A DNA stretch of 64,000 nt from Porphyromonadaceae bacterium (GTDB lineage: Bacteria; Bacteroidota; Bacteroidia; Bacteroidales; UBA12481), in contig QYQM01000038.1 of the NCBI GenBank assembly GCA_007280905.1, forward strand, positions 744 through 64,743. Reading direction: 5' to 3'. The position numbers and the translations under genes were made by a program. A model generated the notes under the pieces. It was not told the origin of the DNA and did no database searches. It saw nothing but the letters and a program-made list of their open reading frames with translations. This document shows positions 36,711 through 47,715 of this stretch, piece by piece. The stretch's first letter is position 1. Every line of letters starts with the position of its first letter.

Positions 36711-39665
36711 TTAAAATAACACGTTGACACCTAAAGTAACGGCGGTGGTTCGGGGATAATAGTACAGGTACTCGATCCCGGGCTGCAAGCCGCTTAAATT
36801 CACTTCCGGATCGAGGCCTTTGTAACCGGAAATCGTGAAGACATCCTGTGCAGTTATATTAAGCCGGATTTTGGAAATGTATTTTGAATGCACCGGAACG
36901 TTATACCCTATGGAAACGTTGTCCAGCTTAAGGAAAGTGGCACTCTCAACATACTTCGATGAATATTGACCGTTTCCGATGAATCTGGGATTTTCCAGTT
37001 GGGTATGAACGATATTGCGTCCGAGGCTTTGCCAGTTTTCGTAATATAACCGGTACATATTCAGTACCTGGCCTCCGATATTCGATCTGAAAGAAAAATT
37101 AAGATCCCAACCATTAAAGGAAAGCATATTGCTCCATCCAATGGTGCAGAAAGGGTAAGCATTGCCTATTGGCTCCCAATCCTTGGGATCGACTTTTCCG
37201 ATCGGATTAGCATTTTTGAACAGATCATATCCATCTTCATTAACACCCAGCCAAACCGGGCCGTAAAATGTTCCCAGCGATTTACCTTCTTCAATTCTTA
37301 AGGCATTGAGAGGAAAAGCACCACCGAGCCAACCGGTCTCGATGTATTTACTGGTAAATTCGTCATTGGAAAATTTAACCAGTTTATTGCTGTTTTTGCT
37401 GAAAGTCATAGTAGTCATCCAGGTGAAGAAGCCTCTTTTTACTGGAACAACATTCATGGTAAGCTCCACTCCCTCGTTGCGGATTGTGCCCACATTGGTG
37501 AACAGCACTGGAAATATATAAGGAGGATAAGGCACGTTGTAGGTATAAAGAAGGTCGGTACTGGTGCGGTTGTAATAGTCGAGAAAGCCGCTTATGCGAT
37601 TATTAAAAAATGAAAAATCGACCCCTGCATTCAGTTCCTGTTTCTTTTCCCAGCGAAGGTCGGGATTCGGATTGGATGTCGGCTGGTATGTATTGATCCA
37701 TTCTCCATTGTAGAAGAATTTTCCGGCAGTTCCCATCATGATCAGGGATTGATAGTTTGCAAAATCCTGATTACCGGTCACACCGTATCCAATACGTAGT
37801 TTGAGGTCATTAACCCATTTCACGTTCGTCATGAAACCCTCCTTGTTTAATCGCCATCCAAGGCTTACAGAAGGAAACCAGCCCCATTTATTGTTCTTGC
37901 CGAACCTTGAGGATCCCTCTCTCCGGAGGGAGACGGAAGCAAGGTATTTTTGATCGTAATTGTACATGACCCGGCCAAAAAATGAGATGAGCCTGCTTTT
38001 TTCTTTATACGATCCCATTTCAGCCGTACCTACACCTAATGCCGAACCGTCGCCGATATTGTTAGGCCCATAAAGGTCGGAATCGAATCCGGAGTTAATC
38101 ATATAGGAATTATTTGACTCCAGTTCCTGAAACGAATATCCTGCAAGTGCCTGTAAATTATGATCTTTAAAAGATTTTAAATAGTTAAAAGTACTTTCGT
38201 ATTGCAAGTTATTGTTCCATCCGTTGCTGATTTCCGCCTCACCATTCTTGCCCAATTTACTGGGGTAATACTTGGTACGGTAATACAGATCTTCCCAGTC
38301 GGCTTGCTCGATCGAAATAAAATTCACCCATTTCAAAGATCCGAACAGGTTTAATGTAGCGCGGACATTTCCGCCGGTATCTGTCGTTTTTCCCTGGCGG
38401 GTCCGCTCCTTCTGCATTGCCACCGGGTTGTAATACTCTATTCCTTCGAGCAGGGTATAACCGCCTGAATAGGTATTGCCCGGATCATAAATGGGGCTGG
38501 TGGGGTTGCGTATAAATGCTTGGTAACAAAGATCATAATTAGCCGGTTTATAGTCACGCATGCTGTAACTCAGGTTATAATCAAGCAATAAAAGATCACC
38601 CAGAACTTTCTGTGCAATATTTGTACGGATGAGATATCGGTTCGACACATTATCTTTCAGCAAACCCTGGGCATTATCAGCATAAAAGGTTGTCCGGTGC
38701 GAAAAATTCTCTGAGCCTCCGGAGATTGCCAGGTTATGTTTCTGGCTGAATGGTACGGGACGGCTTATCTCTTTAAACCAGTTAACGTTATCACCATAAA
38801 CATTGATGGCCTTATCAGGTTGGTACAATTCAATTGCCTGGCGGAATTCGCTGGCCGACAGGTTTTTAACTCCGCGCGGTGCGACTTGGGCAGAATACTG
38901 TCCGGTATATTCGACTTTGCTCAGGCCTGCTTTGGCCCGCCTGGTTGTTATAATAATTACCCCGTTCGAACCGCGGGTTCCATAGATAGCTGCTGCAGCT
39001 CCGTCTTTCAATACGTCGAAAGATTCGATTTCTTCAGCACTGACATTTTTGATATCGGCTCCAACCACTCCATCTATTATGATGAGGGGCCCCTGGCCGG
39101 AGGTGAGGGTATTGGTTCCCCGGAGCATAATCCGGTATCCCGCCTGCGGGTCGGCACCATCAGGTTTTACAATGGTCAAACCAGCCACTTTCCCCTGAAG
39201 CAGGCCCATAGCGTCGCCAAAAGCTCCCCGGTTGAAATCACCCGATTTAACGGTGGCGATGGAGCCGGTAACCTCTTTTTTAGTGGTTGTCCCATAACCG
39301 ATGACCACAACTCCATCCAATGAATGAACCATTAAATCGAGACGAATATCAATATTCTGCTGGGAACCAACCTGAATTTCAGAGTTTTCATATCCGACGT
39401 ATGAAAAAACCAGGGTTGCACCCTGTTGTACATTTATCGAATACTTGCCGTAATTATCGGTAACACTTCCTGTTTGGGTGCCTTTAATTGAAACATTAAC
39501 ACCTGGTATAGGATCACTGTTTGCATTATCGCGGACGATTCCCGATATTTTAAGGGTGGGAGCATTTTGGGCAAGAGTAAACTGCCCGATAAAAATCAGA
39601 AATACTAACAGGAGCAAACCCGGCAAGCCGGAACATTTTTTGTTGAACCTCATTATTGTTTTCAT
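36711..39665 (-). CDS. susC: SusC/RagA-family TonB-dependent transporter
   Basis: 984 aa. It has a carboxypeptidase-regulatory-like N-domain (ISGIVRDNANSDPIPGVNVSIKGTQTG), a plug (VVVIGYGTTTKKEVTGS) and a terminal aromatic residue (GVNVLF). Confidence 0.93.
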   Translation of the reverse strand: MKTIMRFNKKCSGLPGLLLLVFLIFIGQFTLAQNAPTLKISGIVRDNANSDPIPGVNVSIKGTQTGSVTDNYGKYSINVQQGATLVFSYVGYENSEIQVGSQQNIDIRLDLMVHSLDGVVVIGYGTTTKKEVTGSIATVKSGDFNRGAFGDAMGLLQGKVAGLTIVKPDGADPQAGYRIMLRGTNTLTSGQGPLIIIDGVVGADIKNVSAEEIESFDVLKDGAAAAIYGTRGSNGVIIITTRRAKAGLSKVEYTGQYSAQVAPRGVKNLSASEFRQAIELYQPDKAINVYGDNVNWFKEISRPVPFSQKHNLAISGGSENFSHRTTFYADNAQGLLKDNVSNRYLIRTNIAQKVLGDLLLLDYNLSYSMRDYKPANYDLCYQAFIRNPTSPIYDPGNTYSGGYTLLEGIEYYNPVAMQKERTRQGKTTDTGGNVRATLNLFGSLKWVNFISIEQADWEDLYYRTKYYPSKLGKNGEAEISNGWNNNLQYESTFNYLKSFKDHNLQALAGYSFQELESNNSYMINSGFDSDLYGPNNIGDGSALGVGTAEMGSYKEKSRLISFFGRVMYNYDQKYLASVSLRREGSSRFGKNNKWGWFPSVSLGWRLNKEGFMTNVKWVNDLKLRIGYGVTGNQDFANYQSLIMMGTAGKFFYNGEWINTYQPTSNPNPDLRWEKKQELNAGVDFSFFNNRISGFLDYYNRTSTDLLYTYNVPYPPYIFPVLFTNVGTIRNEGVELTMNVVPVKRGFFTWMTTMTFSKNSNKLVKFSNDEFTSKYIETGWLGGAFPLNALRIEEGKSLGTFYGPVWLGVNEDGYDLFKNANPIGKVDPKDWEPIGNAYPFCTIGWSNMLSFNGWDLNFSFRSNIGGQVLNMYRLYYENWQSLGRNIVHTQLENPRFIGNGQYSSKYVESATFLKLDNVSIGYNVPVHSKYISKIRLNITAQDVFTISGYKGLDPEVNLSGLQPGIEYLYYYPRTTAVTLGVNVLF

Positions 39666-40603
39666 ATCGAAGGTTTAACTTGTTCAAAATCAAGTGATGC
39701 CAATTCAGAACGGTAAGGTGTTGAAGTTTGGGCACCCATGCGTGTGACAGTAAGTGCTGCGGCCCGTGCAGCCAATTTCACTGAATCCAGTATTGATTTC
39801 CCTTCTGAGAGTCCGACACATACCGCACCGCAAAAAGTATCCCCCGCTCCGGTGGTGTCAACAGCCTCCACTTTGGAGGCCTCAACATAATGGTATTCTT
39901 TGTAATCTTTGATCAGTGCACCCTGCGGGCCGAGGGTAATCACAACAATATCAACACCTTTTGAACTGATTATATCCGCTGCCTGCTTAGCTGATTCAAT
40001 ATCTGAAACTTTGATTCCCGAAAGAATCTCTGCTTCACTTTTATTGGGTATGATAATATACAGGTTTTTAAGCAGATTATCGGACAATGCTCTCGCCGGA
40101 GCCGGGTTCAGAATAACTTTGACCCCTTTTGAATGTGCCATTTCAGCAACAAACTCCACTGTTTCGATCGGTATTTCAAGCTGCATCAGAACCAAACCGC
40201 TTCCTTCGATTTCAGCAGCAGCTTTGGTGATATCCGCCGGGGTGAGAGAAGCATTGGCCCCGGAGGCAACCACAATACAGTTTTCCCCATACGAGTCAAC
40301 CGTAATTAGCGCAACACCAGAGGGGTGTTTCGGATCCGAAAAGATAAAATCAGTTTTGATATTTTCGGCAGTGTATAGCATAACTGATTGCTTACCAAAA
40401 ACATCGTTCCCCGTTTTTGCAATTAACGCTACATTTCCGCCCAGGCGGGAGGCAGCTACGGCCTGGTTGGCCCCCTTACCTCCCGGATTCATGAAAAAAG
40501 TTCCACCCAGGATGGTTTCACCTGGTATGGGAAGCCGGTCCGCTTTGATAACCATATCGGTATTGCAACTTCCTACTACAACAATTTTGTTTGATTGTAT
40601 CAT
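39662..40603 (-). CDS. rbsK: ribokinase
   Basis: PfkB-family motifs GGKGANQAVAASRLG and DTTGAGDTFCGA. An ATGA overlap links it to the susC start. Confidence 0.88.
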   Translation of the reverse strand: MIQSNKIVVVGSCNTDMVIKADRLPIPGETILGGTFFMNPGGKGANQAVAASRLGGNVALIAKTGNDVFGKQSVMLYTAENIKTDFIFSDPKHPSGVALITVDSYGENCIVVASGANASLTPADITKAAAEIEGSGLVLMQLEIPIETVEFVAEMAHSKGVKVILNPAPARALSDNLLKNLYIIIPNKSEAEILSGIKVSDIESAKQAADIISSKGVDIVVITLGPQGALIKDYKEYHYVEASKVEAVDTTGAGDTFCGAVCVGLSEGKSILDSVKLAARAAALTVTRMGAQTSTPYRSELASLDFEQVKPSI

Positions 40604-40786
40604 CGGTCTAATTATTTTAAGTAAATATATATACGACTGACTGCAATAAAAATCAATAATTGTTTAAAACCAGTAATTATAAATTAGCAGTTTTCATAAA
40701 TGTTTTTCGATTATATCATTAATTTTATGATCTTTAACTAGATATTTGCAGATGATAAAGTAACTTGAATAAGTAATTTTAAACCC

Positions 40787-42319
40787 ATGTCGAAATTGCA
40801 ATCACTCGTTTTGTTGACACATTCCATGTCATTAGCAGAGAAAAAGGCATTCAGGATTCGTTCAGGGCGCAAAAAGGTAGCCTCGGATTACCTCATATTG
40901 TATGATATCATTGAAAAACACAGAAACCAGTCTACACCTTTGTTGGTATCAGCATTCCTGGAAGCACGTCCAAAAGCCTCCATTGAAACCACCTTGAAAT
41001 ACCTGTATGAATTATTGCTTGACTCCATGCTGGATTTGAGGAAGGAGCAGGACAGTTTTTATCTCCTGTTTAACAAAATCCTAAAAGCCAGATTATTATA
41101 TGAAAAATCACTGTTCGATGAATGCTTTGGATTGCTTGAAAGTATCATAGCATATGCCGAAGAATACGAGAATTATTTTGCATTACTACTTGCATCACGC
41201 CTGGAGCTGGACTATCTTCTGGCTTTGAATTTCCCGAACCTGAACGAAAAAACACTTTTACAAAAACAATTCAGGCTCAATGAGGCTTTAAAATATGTCA
41301 GAAAGATTAATGAACAGTCGTCGCTGTATGAAAACCTGAAACACCGGATTGTGTATAAAGGCCATGCCCGGTCGCAAAAGCAAAAAGACGAATTTAACGA
41401 CTTGGTATATAGCGAAATAAGCATAGTTGCCTCTCAAAATCTGGACAATTTCGAGATCAGCAAGCTTCATCAGCTTTTTCAGGCAAATTATCTGATCAGC
41501 GTGGGCGACTATAAATCGGCTTTGAACTCATACATCGAACTGAATAACCTGTTTGAAACGAACAAGCATTTCTGGAGCAATCCACCGGTATATTACCTTC
41601 ATACGCTTGAAGGGGTACTCGAGAGCCTGAGAGGGATCCGCAATTATGAAGGCATGACCTATTTTATCGACCAGCTGAAGGCGATTGACAGTCAGTCCGT
41701 TGGTTTCAGAATTAACCTTATGTGCATCATTTACTTATATGAGCTGTTTCCCCACCTCGACCGCGGTGATTTTGGCACCTCCATGTCGCTGATGAACCAG
41801 TATAAAGAGACGCTGTATGACAAGCTATTCACACTAAACAGGGCCCGTCAGGCTGATCTTTGCCTTTATACTTGCTTAATATACTTTGGTAATTCTGAAT
41901 ATCTTAAGGCGCATAAGTTCCTGAATCAAATCATTCTCAGGGGAAAAAATTATTATTATCTTCCTATTTACAGGACCATTCGCCTGGTTAACCTGATGAT
42001 ACTGTACAACCTTGGAGATTTCGACCTTATCAGGTATGAAATCCGGTCGATGAAACGCGATTCAACGGATACAGTCAAAGATTACAGGATTGAACGGTTT
42101 CTGTTTAAGTTCTTAAGCAAGCAATTGCCGTCCGTCGCTAATAAACGGCAGCAATTGCTTGACAAGACATTGAAGGAGTTTACTGAAATCCATCAGAATG
42201 TATTCGAAAAGCAAATTCTGAGAATTTTCGATTTCACCGCCTGGGTTGAATCGCTGCTCCGGAAAGTTCCGCTTACGGAGGTACTGCGGAGCCGGATGTC
42301 CACGCTTTCGCGGGGATGA
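40787..42319 (+). CDS. hypothetical all-helical (TPR-like) protein, divergent from the PUL
   Basis: 510-aa tracked ORF with no catalytic or DNA-binding motif I can recognise. Its stop codon lies inside a REP copy. Confidence 0.55.
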   Translation: MSKLQSLVLLTHSMSLAEKKAFRIRSGRKKVASDYLILYDIIEKHRNQSTPLLVSAFLEARPKASIETTLKYLYELLLDSMLDLRKEQDSFYLLFNKILKARLLYEKSLFDECFGLLESIIAYAEEYENYFALLLASRLELDYLLALNFPNLNEKTLLQKQFRLNEALKYVRKINEQSSLYENLKHRIVYKGHARSQKQKDEFNDLVYSEISIVASQNLDNFEISKLHQLFQANYLISVGDYKSALNSYIELNNLFETNKHFWSNPPVYYLHTLEGVLESLRGIRNYEGMTYFIDQLKAIDSQSVGFRINLMCIIYLYELFPHLDRGDFGTSMSLMNQYKETLYDKLFTLNRARQADLCLYTCLIYFGNSEYLKAHKFLNQIILRGKNYYYLPIYRTIRLVNLMILYNLGDFDLIRYEIRSMKRDSTDTVKDYRIERFLFKFLSKQLPSVANKRQQLLDKTLKEFTEIHQNVFEKQILRIFDFTAWVESLLRKVPLTEVLRSRMSTLSRG

Positions 42320-42320
42320 C
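42299..42320. repeat. REP-like element, copy f (partial left arm)
   Basis: ccacgctttcgcggggatgac. The TGA within it terminates ORF 40787..42319. Confidence 0.7.
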
Positions 42321-42402
42321 GGGTGGTTAAAGAAGTAAGAATTTAGTGATACGAAGACCAGTTTTGAATTTTGAAATTACACATCCAGGTATCCTGAAGT
42401 AT

Positions 42403-43677
<1,275 letters not shown>

Positions 43678-43697
43678 AGAGAAAGTTAAATTATTGT

Positions 43698-44085
43698 TAT
43701 CGGTTATCGGTTGTCGGTTGTCAGTTGTCGGTTGTGATTGTTGTGATTGTTGTGATTGTTGTGATTGTTGTGATTGTTGTCGGTTATCAGTTGCCACAAA
43801 AGCTTCAGCTACCAGTGTGCAATTATCAGTTGCCACTAGCTTTAGCTAGTGGATTGATAATGAGGCAAATGCAAATTTGGACTTTAGCCCAATTTCCTGA
43901 ATTCTTTGATATAATCAGATCAATATGGCAAAGAAATATTTGGCCTAAAGGCCATAATCTTCTGATAGCTAACTATATCCACTAGCTAAAGCTAGTGGCA
44001 ACTGATAACCGACAACAATCACAACAATCACAACAACCACAACAATCACAACTGACAACTGACAACTGATAACCGACAACTGTTA
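43698..44085. repeat. large composite inverted repeat filling the serA-DUF1015 spacer
   Basis: Left arm 43698-43852: heptamers TRTCRGT, five copies of TGTGATTGT, then palindrome ccactagctttagctagtgg. Right arm 43979-44085: ccactagctaaagctagtgg followed by the reverse complement of the same units. A central segment of about 126 bp is unique. Confidence 0.88.
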
Positions 44086-44086
44086 A

Positions 44087-45010
44087 CTATTTATTAACCT
44101 GATACTTCTTCTCTCCCTTTTCGAAAAAGTCCCTGATCTGTTCTGCAGCGGCTATACCGGCATTGGTATTGGCTTCCTCAGTTTGGGCACCCATCTTTTT
44201 CGGAGTTGCGTAAAACCTGCCCGCGAATTTAGCCTGAAAAGCTTCGACAGCATCCGGGGCCACATCGCTCAGGTACTGAAACTTTGGCTTTTGCTCCATG
44301 ATCTGCATCAATCCATCTTCATCGATGACCTCTTTGCGGGCTGTGTTAACCACTACCCCGTCGTTAGGCATCAAAGAGAGAAACGCCGCACCAACAGACT
44401 TTTTTGTTTTATCATTAGCCGGCATGTGCAGGGAAACATACTGACAGGTTTTGTAAAGATCTTCAGCAGTATCAACTGGTTTTACACCGCAGGCTTCAAT
44501 GGCAGCTTTTGGCACAAAGGGATCGTAGGCATATACATCCATACCGAAACCTTTAGCGATGGTGGCAACATATTTACCGACATTACCAAAAGCATGAATG
44601 CCAAGCTTTTTCCCTTTTAATTCGGTTCCTGATTTTCCACTGAAGAAGCCTCTCGCGCCATAAACCATCATCCCAAGAGCCAATTCAGCAACAGCATTGG
44701 AATTCTGGCCAGGTGTGTTCATTACAACAACGCCTTTTTCGGTTGCAGCTGCAAGATCAACATTATCATAACCCGCACCGGCACGAACCACTATTTTGAG
44801 GTTTTTGCCGGCATTCAGTACTTCCCGGGTAACCAGATCACTCCTGATAATCACTGCATCTGCTTCTGCCACTGCCTCATATAATTGTTCCGGAGTGGCA
44901 TATTTTTCCAGCAGAAGTAATTTATAACCAGCGTTTTCAACCACTTCGCGGATGCCCTTAAGGGCAATTGGTGCGAATGGTTTATCGGTGGCAACTAATA
45001 CTTTTTTCAT
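44087..45010 (-). CDS. serA: D-3-phosphoglycerate dehydrogenase (short, 2-hydroxyacid dehydrogenase family)
   Basis: NAD-binding motif GIHAFGNVGKYVA and catalytic region RAGAGYDNVD. It lies adjacent to serC. Confidence 0.82.
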   Translation of the reverse strand: MKKVLVATDKPFAPIALKGIREVVENAGYKLLLLEKYATPEQLYEAVAEADAVIIRSDLVTREVLNAGKNLKIVVRAGAGYDNVDLAAATEKGVVVMNTPGQNSNAVAELALGMMVYGARGFFSGKSGTELKGKKLGIHAFGNVGKYVATIAKGFGMDVYAYDPFVPKAAIEACGVKPVDTAEDLYKTCQYVSLHMPANDKTKKSVGAAFLSLMPNDGVVVNTARKEVIDEDGLMQIMEQKPKFQYLSDVAPDAVEAFQAKFAGRFYATPKKMGAQTEEANTNAGIAAAEQIRDFFEKGEKKYQVNK

Positions 45011-45027
45011 AATTTCTGAAGAATTGA

Positions 45028-46101
45028 TTAAAGAATGGACTTTTCGAATTCCTTCATGGTATCAACCAGAAACTGAACGCTTGCAAGTTCAAGCGCATTA
45101 TAGCAGGAGGCCCTGAAACCTCCGACAGACCTGTGCCCTTTGATGCCAACGATACCTTTAGAAGAAGCGAAGGTGTTAAAATCAGCTTCTTTATCCTGGA
45201 ATCCCTCTTTCATCACAAAGCAGATATTCATTCTGGAACGGTCTTCTTTAGCTGCTGTACCAATAAACACTTTGCTTGAGTCAATTGCATGGTATAATAA
45301 GTCAGCCTTTTCCTGAGCCCTGCGATCCATCTCTTTCAATCCGCCAAGTGATTTTACCCATCTTAAAACCTCTCTCACGGTAAAAATGGCGGTACAAGGA
45401 GGTGTATTCTTCATCGAATCATTCTCAACATGCACGCGATATTTCAGCATGGTGGGAATATTGGAACGTGTTACTCGTTCGAGCATTTCATTCTTCAAAA
45501 TTACAACGGTGACACCTGCCGGTCCCATATTTTTCTGAGCGCCACCATAGATCAGTGCATATTTCGATACATCTACCGGCCTGCTGAGAATATCTGACGA
45601 CATATCTGCGATCAGCGGTACCGGGGAATCGGGATCTTTAAGAATTTCTGTTCCAAAAATGGTGTTATTCGTAGTAATGTGAAAATAATCAACATCTGAA
45701 GGAATCTTATAATTCTTAGGATAATAGCTGAAATTTTTATCTTCAGATGATGCTAAAACCTGGACTTCTCCGAAAAGTCTGGCTTCTTTGATGGCTCCAC
45801 TGGCCCAGGTACCCGTATTAAGGTAGGCTGCTTTTGTATTCAGGAAATTGAATGGTATCATGGCGAACTGGAGACTGGCTCCACCGCCAAGAAAGAGGAC
45901 CGAATACCCTTCCGGGATTTTCAGGATTTCCTTAAATAGATCTGTTGTCTCTTTCATAATGGCCTCGAAATCTTTACCCCTGTGGGAGACTTCCATGATA
46001 GATTGGCCGCTGTTACCCAGTTCGATAACTGCTTTTGCTGTATTTTCACGAACCACATCGGCCAGAATGCATGGGCCTGCGTTAAAAATATGTTTTCTCA
46101 T
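45028..46101 (-). CDS. serC: phosphoserine aminotransferase
   Basis: 357 aa. Motifs [14 protein letters not shown] and the PLP-lysine region [13 protein letters not shown]. Confidence 0.92.
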   Translation of the reverse strand: MRKHIFNAGPCILADVVRENTAKAVIELGNSGQSIMEVSHRGKDFEAIMKETTDLFKEILKIPEGYSVLFLGGGASLQFAMIPFNFLNTKAAYLNTGTWASGAIKEARLFGEVQVLASSEDKNFSYYPKNYKIPSDVDYFHITTNNTIFGTEILKDPDSPVPLIADMSSDILSRPVDVSKYALIYGGAQKNMGPAGVTVVILKNEMLERVTRSNIPTMLKYRVHVENDSMKNTPPCTAIFTVREVLRWVKSLGGLKEMDRRAQEKADLLYHAIDSSKVFIGTAAKEDRSRMNICFVMKEGFQDKEADFNTFASSKGIVGIKGHRSVGGFRASCYNALELASVQFLVDTMKEFEKSIL

Positions 46102-46125
46102 ACTGATAAAATTAAGCTGGTTGGA

Positions 46126-47238
46126 TTATTTTGAATTAATAAATGGTGTCTTGGTAATCTCTGCTTTGAGGTTTTTATTCCGCACCTGGATAAAAATTTC
46201 GGTTCCGATTTTTGAATATTCAGCTTTTACATAGCCCATCCCGATACCGGTCTGGAGAATGGGTGACTGAGTTCCTGATGTAACTTCACCAATTATATCA
46301 CCGGCTTCATTCACAATATTATAATGCTGTCTCGGAATACCGCGTTCCTTCATTATAAAGCCACGAAGGATGCGCTTCGGGTTATCATTTTTCTGCTTTT
46401 CAAGCAAAGGCCTGTCATTGAAATTATTACCTTCCACAAACTTAGTAATCCAACCCAAACCGGCTTCAATCGGGGATGTTTCATCATTAATATCATGTCC
46501 ATATAAATTATACCCCATTTCAAGCCTGAGCGTATCCCGTGCACCCAGCCCTATCGGCTTGATTCCGAATTCCTTACCGGCTTCCATAACAGCATGCCAA
46601 AGCACTTCAGCATCTTCATTTGCGCAAAAAATTTCACAACCGCCGGATCCGGTATACCCGGTTGTAGCAAAGATCACCTCTTTAATACCGGCAAATGGAA
46701 TCTTTTTGAAGGTATAATATTCCATGTCTTCAACATTTTCCGATGTGAGCTTTTGCATAGCTTTCAGTGCAAGAGGGCCCTGAATGGCCAGTTGGGCTAT
46801 TTCATCCGATGCATTGTAAATCTCCTTCCCCACCAGAAGTCCCATTTCATAGGCATTCTTCACACACCAGTTCCAGTCTTTTTCGATATTGGCCGCATTG
46901 ACAACCAGTAGATAGGTTTCAGAATTAACGCGATATACGAGTAAATCATCTACAATCCCACCCTTGCCGTTCGGGAAGCAGCTATACTGTACTTTGCCAT
47001 CGTATAAGGCAGCTATATCATTGGTAGTCAGCTTCTGTACCAAACTAAATGCTTTCGGGCCCTTAACCCAGAATTCTCCCATGTGGGAAACATCAAAAAC
47101 TCCGAGTTTTTCACGAACCTGCATGTGTTCTTCAGTTATTCCTGCATATTCGATGGGCATCAGGTATCCTGCAAAGGGCTCCATCCGGGCCCCCATCGAT
47201 TGATGGAATTTAGTAAAAGGCGTTATCTTAGCGGACAT
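46126..47238 (-). CDS. gcvT: glycine cleavage system aminomethyltransferase T
   Basis: [26 protein letters not shown]...[11 protein letters not shown] trimmed to the internal ATG (MSAKITPF). Confidence 0.92.
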   Translation of the reverse strand: MSAKITPFTKFHQSMGARMEPFAGYLMPIEYAGITEEHMQVREKLGVFDVSHMGEFWVKGPKAFSLVQKLTTNDIAALYDGKVQYSCFPNGKGGIVDDLLVYRVNSETYLLVVNAANIEKDWNWCVKNAYEMGLLVGKEIYNASDEIAQLAIQGPLALKAMQKLTSENVEDMEYYTFKKIPFAGIKEVIFATTGYTGSGGCEIFCANEDAEVLWHAVMEAGKEFGIKPIGLGARDTLRLEMGYNLYGHDINDETSPIEAGLGWITKFVEGNNFNDRPLLEKQKNDNPKRILRGFIMKERGIPRQHYNIVNEAGDIIGEVTSGTQSPILQTGIGMGYVKAEYSKIGTEIFIQVRNKNLKAEITKTPFINSK

Positions 47239-47354
47239 ATTTATATTTTTTTTTAATTTGGTATCCTTACAAATATAGGCCATTCAAAACAGAAAATTCA
47301 TGACTAATATCGGGTTTGTCAATTAACTTCAACACATAAATAAACCAATCCAGT

Positions 47355-47714
47355 ATGGCAGTAAAATTCACGTATGCTGATTTAACTTACCTCGAAAGCA
47401 TGTCTCCGGACAGTAATGAATTAATTTTAGAGATGCTTCAAATATTTATTGATCAGCTTCCTGAATTCACTGAGGGACTCACAGAACACCTTAAAAACAG
47501 GGATTACATGGCGCTTGGAGCTCTTGCTCATAAAGCAAAATCATCCGTAGCTGTAATGGGGATGGACTCATTAGCCGCAGATCTTAAAACATTGGAAATA
47601 AGTGCTAAAGCAGGAATAGATCAGGAATTATATCCAATCCTGGTTAACCGGTTTATTGACCAGGTTACCCTGACTTGCACCGAGCTTCAAGCGTACGCGA
47701 AAACAATCAGTTAA
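47355..47714 (+). CDS. Hpt (histidine phosphotransfer) domain protein
   Basis: 119-aa four-helix protein with the ALGALAHKAKSS phospho-His motif. Confidence 0.7.
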   Translation: MAVKFTYADLTYLESMSPDSNELILEMLQIFIDQLPEFTEGLTEHLKNRDYMALGALAHKAKSSVAVMGMDSLAADLKTLEISAKAGIDQELYPILVNRFIDQVTLTCTELQAYAKTIS

Positions 47715-47715
47715 T

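Noticed and set aside
43733-43777. Tandem TGTGATTGT x5 and the neighbouring heptamer arrays, considered as a possible CRISPR array
   Set aside because: The units are 7-9 nt and directly abutting, with no spacers. There are no 25-40-nt repeats and no cas genes. These are microsatellite-like arrays forming the arms of an inverted repeat.
43678-43836. N-terminal QSQQSQQSQ/TDNRQ extension of tracked ORF 42433..43836
   Set aside because: It is the translation of the nonamer and heptamer repeat arm. The conserved-looking DUF1015 N-terminus (MAILKPFKGVRPP) starts at the internal ATG at 43677.
47239-47354. Glycine riboswitch upstream of gcvT
   Set aside because: The spacer is short and AT-rich, and lacks the conserved GGAGAG...CACCGAAGGGG-type cores. 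I could draw no convincing structure.
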